Assembly: GCA_965203315.1 (NCBI GenBank)
Contig: CBDBCE010000004.1
Coordinates: 96,001 to 160,000, forward strand
Reading direction: 5' to 3'
Length of the DNA: 64,000 nucleotides
DNA from: Nitrosopumilus sp.
GTDB taxonomy: Archaea; Thermoproteota; Nitrososphaeria; Nitrososphaerales; Nitrosopumilaceae
The notes beneath the pieces are model-generated. The model did not search any database and had not been told where the DNA came from. It worked only from the letters and a program-made list of their open reading frames with translations. Positions 60,577-64,000 of the stretch are shown in pieces. Every line of letters starts with the position of its first letter. The stretch's first letter is position 1. A program made the position numbers and the translations under genes.

Positions 60577-63075
60577 GTGTATACTGTATCTATGCTGAAG
60601 ATAGTGTTATTGTGCACAATATCATTATGCGTAATATCGTTGGGAATAGAATTCAAGCTAGTACAGGCTAGTGCATTTGTAGAGTCCATAAAGTTTATTC
60701 AATATCTTGATGAGAACACCGCATTAGAAGAGGTTCGTAGTGGTAATCTAGACATGTATTACTTTAGAATGCCATCAGACAGACTAGAAGATATTTCGTC
60801 AAGAGAGAATCTCAAGATATTCGAGTCTACCGGTGGATCATATAGCATTCTTGCAAATCCTGCAGAGTCTGAAGAGTTTAATCCTTTCTCTATACGCGAG
60901 ATAAGATTTGCTCTAAACTATCTAGTTGATAGACAGTTGATCGTAAATGAGTTGATGGGAGGATATGGCGCGCCTATTGTATCGTATTATGGCCCAACTG
61001 ATCCTGAATTTCTTACTGCGATCGAGACGTTAGAGAGCTTTAATTTTAGATACAATCCAGCATTGGCCAATGAGATCATCTCAGATAATCTAAAGAATGT
61101 TGGAGCAGTGCAACACGATGGTATATGGCATATGGACTCCAAACCCATCAATATTGTGATATTCATTCGAAGTGACGATCCAGTGAGAAAGTCGATAGGA
61201 GAGTTACTGGCAACTGAACTTGAAAAGGTTGGTTTTATAGTAACAAAGAGTTTCGGCGATCTAAACAAAGCATTTGTTGTTGTATATGGATCAAATCCTG
61301 CCGATCTATCGTGGCATCTCTACACTGAAGGATGGAGCAGATCGGCGTTTGTTCGATATGATGCAATAGGTTTGAGTCAGATGTATGCTCCATGGTTCTC
61401 TAACATGCCTGGCTTTAACGATCCATCTTACTGGAACTATGAGAATGAACGAATCGATAACGTTACACAAAAGATCTATGGTGGCGAATTTGAGTCTGAT
61501 ATAGAACGAGCTGATCTGATCAACATCGCAATAGGTATAGGAATAGACGAGTCGGTTCGAGTATTTCTCGCAAGTAAGATAGATCAGTATGTTGTAAACA
61601 GTGATATCAGCGGTGTGATCAACGACTTTGGATCTGGAATAACGAGCAGATTCACTCCAATCAACGCACGCGGAACAGGTGAGACACTTGCCATTGGCGT
61701 AAAACAGATCTATCAAGGAGCATGGAATCCTATTATGGGACTAACAGATCTCTATAGTCGATATATCTGGGAAATTGTATCAGACCCTGCAACATTCAAG
61801 CATCCCTATTCTGGCAAGACTATTCCAATACGAGCCGAATGGAATGTTGAAACAGATGGTCTAAACAGTACAATAAACGTTCCCTCTGACGCAATGCGTT
61901 GGAATCCGGTCGAGGGTGTGTGGGAAAGAGTAGGTGAAAATGTTACATCGATCAGCAAAGTCACATACAACTATGAGTTTGGAGAATGGCATAATGGCAT
62001 AATGATGGATATGAGCGACATTTGGTATTCATTATACTTTACATCAGAATGGGGAGCTCAAACAGATGACGATGACAAGACATTTGATACAGAGTTTACT
62101 CCAAGGGCTACTCAAAGTATCGAGACGATAATCGGCGCTAGACAGATAGATGCGAATACACTAGAAGTCTATGTAGATTATTGGCACTTTGATGAAGGTG
62201 AGATTGCAGAATGGGCAGTGATCTGGAGTTCTACTCCATGGGAGATAACATATGCAATGGAGCAAGCTGTCTTGGATAGCAAAGCCTCATTTTCGAGATC
62301 GGGAGCAACAAGTAAGAATATCAGTTGGTTGTCGCTCCTTATTCCCAATGACGCCAACATGATCAAAAGTTATCTGGATGACTTTATTGTACAAGATTTT
62401 GTACCATATGGATTAGATGGTATAGTCGAATCTACCAACCATAAATCTAGATATGAATCATCAACAAGATGGATCGAAGAGAACAATCATGCAGTAATCA
62501 GCAATGGACCATTTTACATAGAGTCGTACTCTCCAGAGTCTAGAACGATATCTGCTCGATCATTCGAAGGTGTATATCCATTTCAAGTAGGCAAATGGAC
62601 CAAGTTTGAGTCTACTACATTTCCATCAATATTGCGAGTAGAGATAGAGGAGCCTATACTCCAAGAGGTGGGCTCTACGATAAAAGTTGAGACGAGAGCT
62701 GCAGACTCGATCCTATACTTTCTTACAGATAGTAAAGGAGATGTGATCTATTCGGATACAGTAAGCGCAGATGATGTGATCGAGATCGTACTCTCGCCAC
62801 AAAGACTGTCGATGCTGGACAGAGATGCCAACAGCATCAAGATCTTTGCACTATCTGATACAGTATTCAAACCAGATATGTATGAAAAGAGTTTCATCGT
62901 TCTAGAAGAACGACCCGAGTTTGATATAGAGTACAATGAATACAATACTGGTAGTGATCAAGAGTATTGGCCAATCATTATTCTAGTAGTAATTATACTT
63001 GGTACTGTGATATACGTCAAGAGACATAACATGCAAAGATCGAGATCAGTATCCGCGAGCAAAGATCGGATGTGA
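60577..63075 (+). CDS. Peptide/nickel ABC transporter substrate-binding protein (family 5)
   Basis: Signal peptide, NPFSIREIRFALNYLVDR, SNGPFYI, C-terminal TM anchor. Confidence 0.85.
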   Translation: MYTVSMLKIVLLCTISLCVISLGIEFKLVQASAFVESIKFIQYLDENTALEEVRSGNLDMYYFRMPSDRLEDISSRENLKIFESTGGSYSILANPAESEEFNPFSIREIRFALNYLVDRQLIVNELMGGYGAPIVSYYGPTDPEFLTAIETLESFNFRYNPALANEIISDNLKNVGAVQHDGIWHMDSKPINIVIFIRSDDPVRKSIGELLATELEKVGFIVTKSFGDLNKAFVVVYGSNPADLSWHLYTEGWSRSAFVRYDAIGLSQMYAPWFSNMPGFNDPSYWNYENERIDNVTQKIYGGEFESDIERADLINIAIGIGIDESVRVFLASKIDQYVVNSDISGVINDFGSGITSRFTPINARGTGETLAIGVKQIYQGAWNPIMGLTDLYSRYIWEIVSDPATFKHPYSGKTIPIRAEWNVETDGLNSTINVPSDAMRWNPVEGVWERVGENVTSISKVTYNYEFGEWHNGIMMDMSDIWYSLYFTSEWGAQTDDDDKTFDTEFTPRATQSIETIIGARQIDANTLEVYVDYWHFDEGEIAEWAVIWSSTPWEITYAMEQAVLDSKASFSRSGATSKNISWLSLLIPNDANMIKSYLDDFIVQDFVPYGLDGIVESTNHKSRYESSTRWIEENNHAVISNGPFYIESYSPESRTISARSFEGVYPFQVGKWTKFESTTFPSILRVEIEEPILQEVGSTIKVETRAADSILYFLTDSKGDVIYSDTVSADDVIEIVLSPQRLSMLDRDANSIKIFALSDTVFKPDMYEKSFIVLEERPEFDIEYNEYNTGSDQEYWPIIILVVIILGTVIYVKRHNMQRSRSVSASKDRM

Positions 63076-64000
63076 CACACTGAGCTTTGTACAATAGATG
63101 CACGGTCTCTGTGGGTTGTCATCATTAAACGGAATGACTCGGATATCTACTCCAGTCTCTTCCTTGATCTTTTCTTCACAGATATCGTTACCGCACCAAG
63201 GCGCGATGAGAAACCCGCCTTTTTTTACTTTTAATCTAAATTCATCATAATTTGTAACACGACTAGTGTTTTTCTCGGCTTGGTTCTCTGCGTTATGTAA
63301 CATCTGCGTTTGAATCTCAGATAATATGGATGGAATCTTGTCTAGTTTTGTAAACTCGAGTGCAAACTTTTGGTTATTATACCTAGTTGCAACAACAACA
63401 CTGCTCTTTGCTATATCTTTGGGACCAATCTCTAGTCGAATGGGCACACCTTTCATCTCCCAGTCATTAAATTTGAACCCTGGTGATAAACCATCACGTT
63501 CATCTATGTGAACACGTAGTCCCATACTTGCAAGTTTAAGCCTAATCTCCTCTGCCTTTGAGTGTACATCTGCAGAGTCACCACGTGTTATCGGTACAAT
63601 GACCACTTGAATTGGAGCAACTCTGGGCGGAAGAACCAGTCCCTGATCATCGCCATGTACCATTATCATCGCACCTATGAGTCGCCATGACACTCCCCAA
63701 GATGTCTGCCATGCAAAGTGTTCTACATTGTCCTTGTCTGCAAACTTTACATCAAATGGTATAGAAAAGTTCTGACCTAGATGATGCGAAGTACCCATCT
63801 GTAACGCCTTACCATCGGGCAAGATTGCCTCTATCGTTGTTGTATATATTGAACCAACAAACTTTTCTTGTTCACTCTTTTTTCCTGGAATGACAGGTAT
63901 TGCCAACTCTTCTTCAACGATACTCTTATAGATCATCAAGATCTTTAAGACCTCTTCTTCCGCTTCTGCTTGTGTTGCGTGTACGGTGTGACCCTCTTGC
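63046..64000 (-). CDS. proS: Proline--tRNA ligase, C-terminal part (5' end outside the window)
   Basis: ALQMGTSHHLGQNFS, QTSWGVSWR, HGDDQGLVLPP, C-terminal FARGY. Confidence 0.96.
   Translation of the reverse strand, partial: QEGHTVHATQAEAEEEVLKILMIYKSIVEEELAIPVIPGKKSEQEKFVGSIYTTTIEAILPDGKALQMGTSHHLGQNFSIPFDVKFADKDNVEHFAWQTSWGVSWRLIGAMIMVHGDDQGLVLPPRVAPIQVVIVPITRGDSADVHSKAEEIRLKLASMGLRVHIDERDGLSPGFKFNDWEMKGVPIRLEIGPKDIAKSSVVVATRYNNQKFALEFTKLDKIPSILSEIQTQMLHNAENQAEKNTSRVTNYDEFRLKVKKGGFLIAPWCGNDICEEKIKEETGVDIRVIPFNDDNPQRPCIYCTKLSVSHPIFARGY

Overview
Archaeal chromosome segment of an ammonia-oxidiser-type lineage (Nitrososphaerota/Thaumarchaeota, Nitrosopumilaceae-like), inferred from CdvA, ThyX, archaeal EF-1alpha-rpsJ-rpo12, FBP aldolase/phosphatase, PINA ATPase, Sec61beta, SMC and a 3HP/4HB-cycle-type dehydrogenase. 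Core gene blocks alternate with five accessory or decaying patches (about 12.2-15.8, 26.6-28.9, 42.1-47.7, 52.3-56.3 and 59.0-60.5 kb). Most patches carry short non-autonomous inverted-repeat elements (three MITE families, 13 or more copies), IS481-type transposase remnants and cargo: a decayed type II RM pair, a hicB-hicA-like pair, PIN plus DUF6293 regulator, secreted orphan proteins and egtD/egtB. The best leads are: an intact integrase-core ORF with all three DDE residues replaced, a MITE-bracketed TA cassette, a poly-G tract between a TATA box and the start of a secreted coiled-coil gene pair, a two-domain SDR with malonyl-CoA-reductase-like motifs, and unusual CTAG enrichment in core genes. 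No rRNA, tRNA or CRISPR array was seen. All family calls are by motif recognition; no database searches were run.
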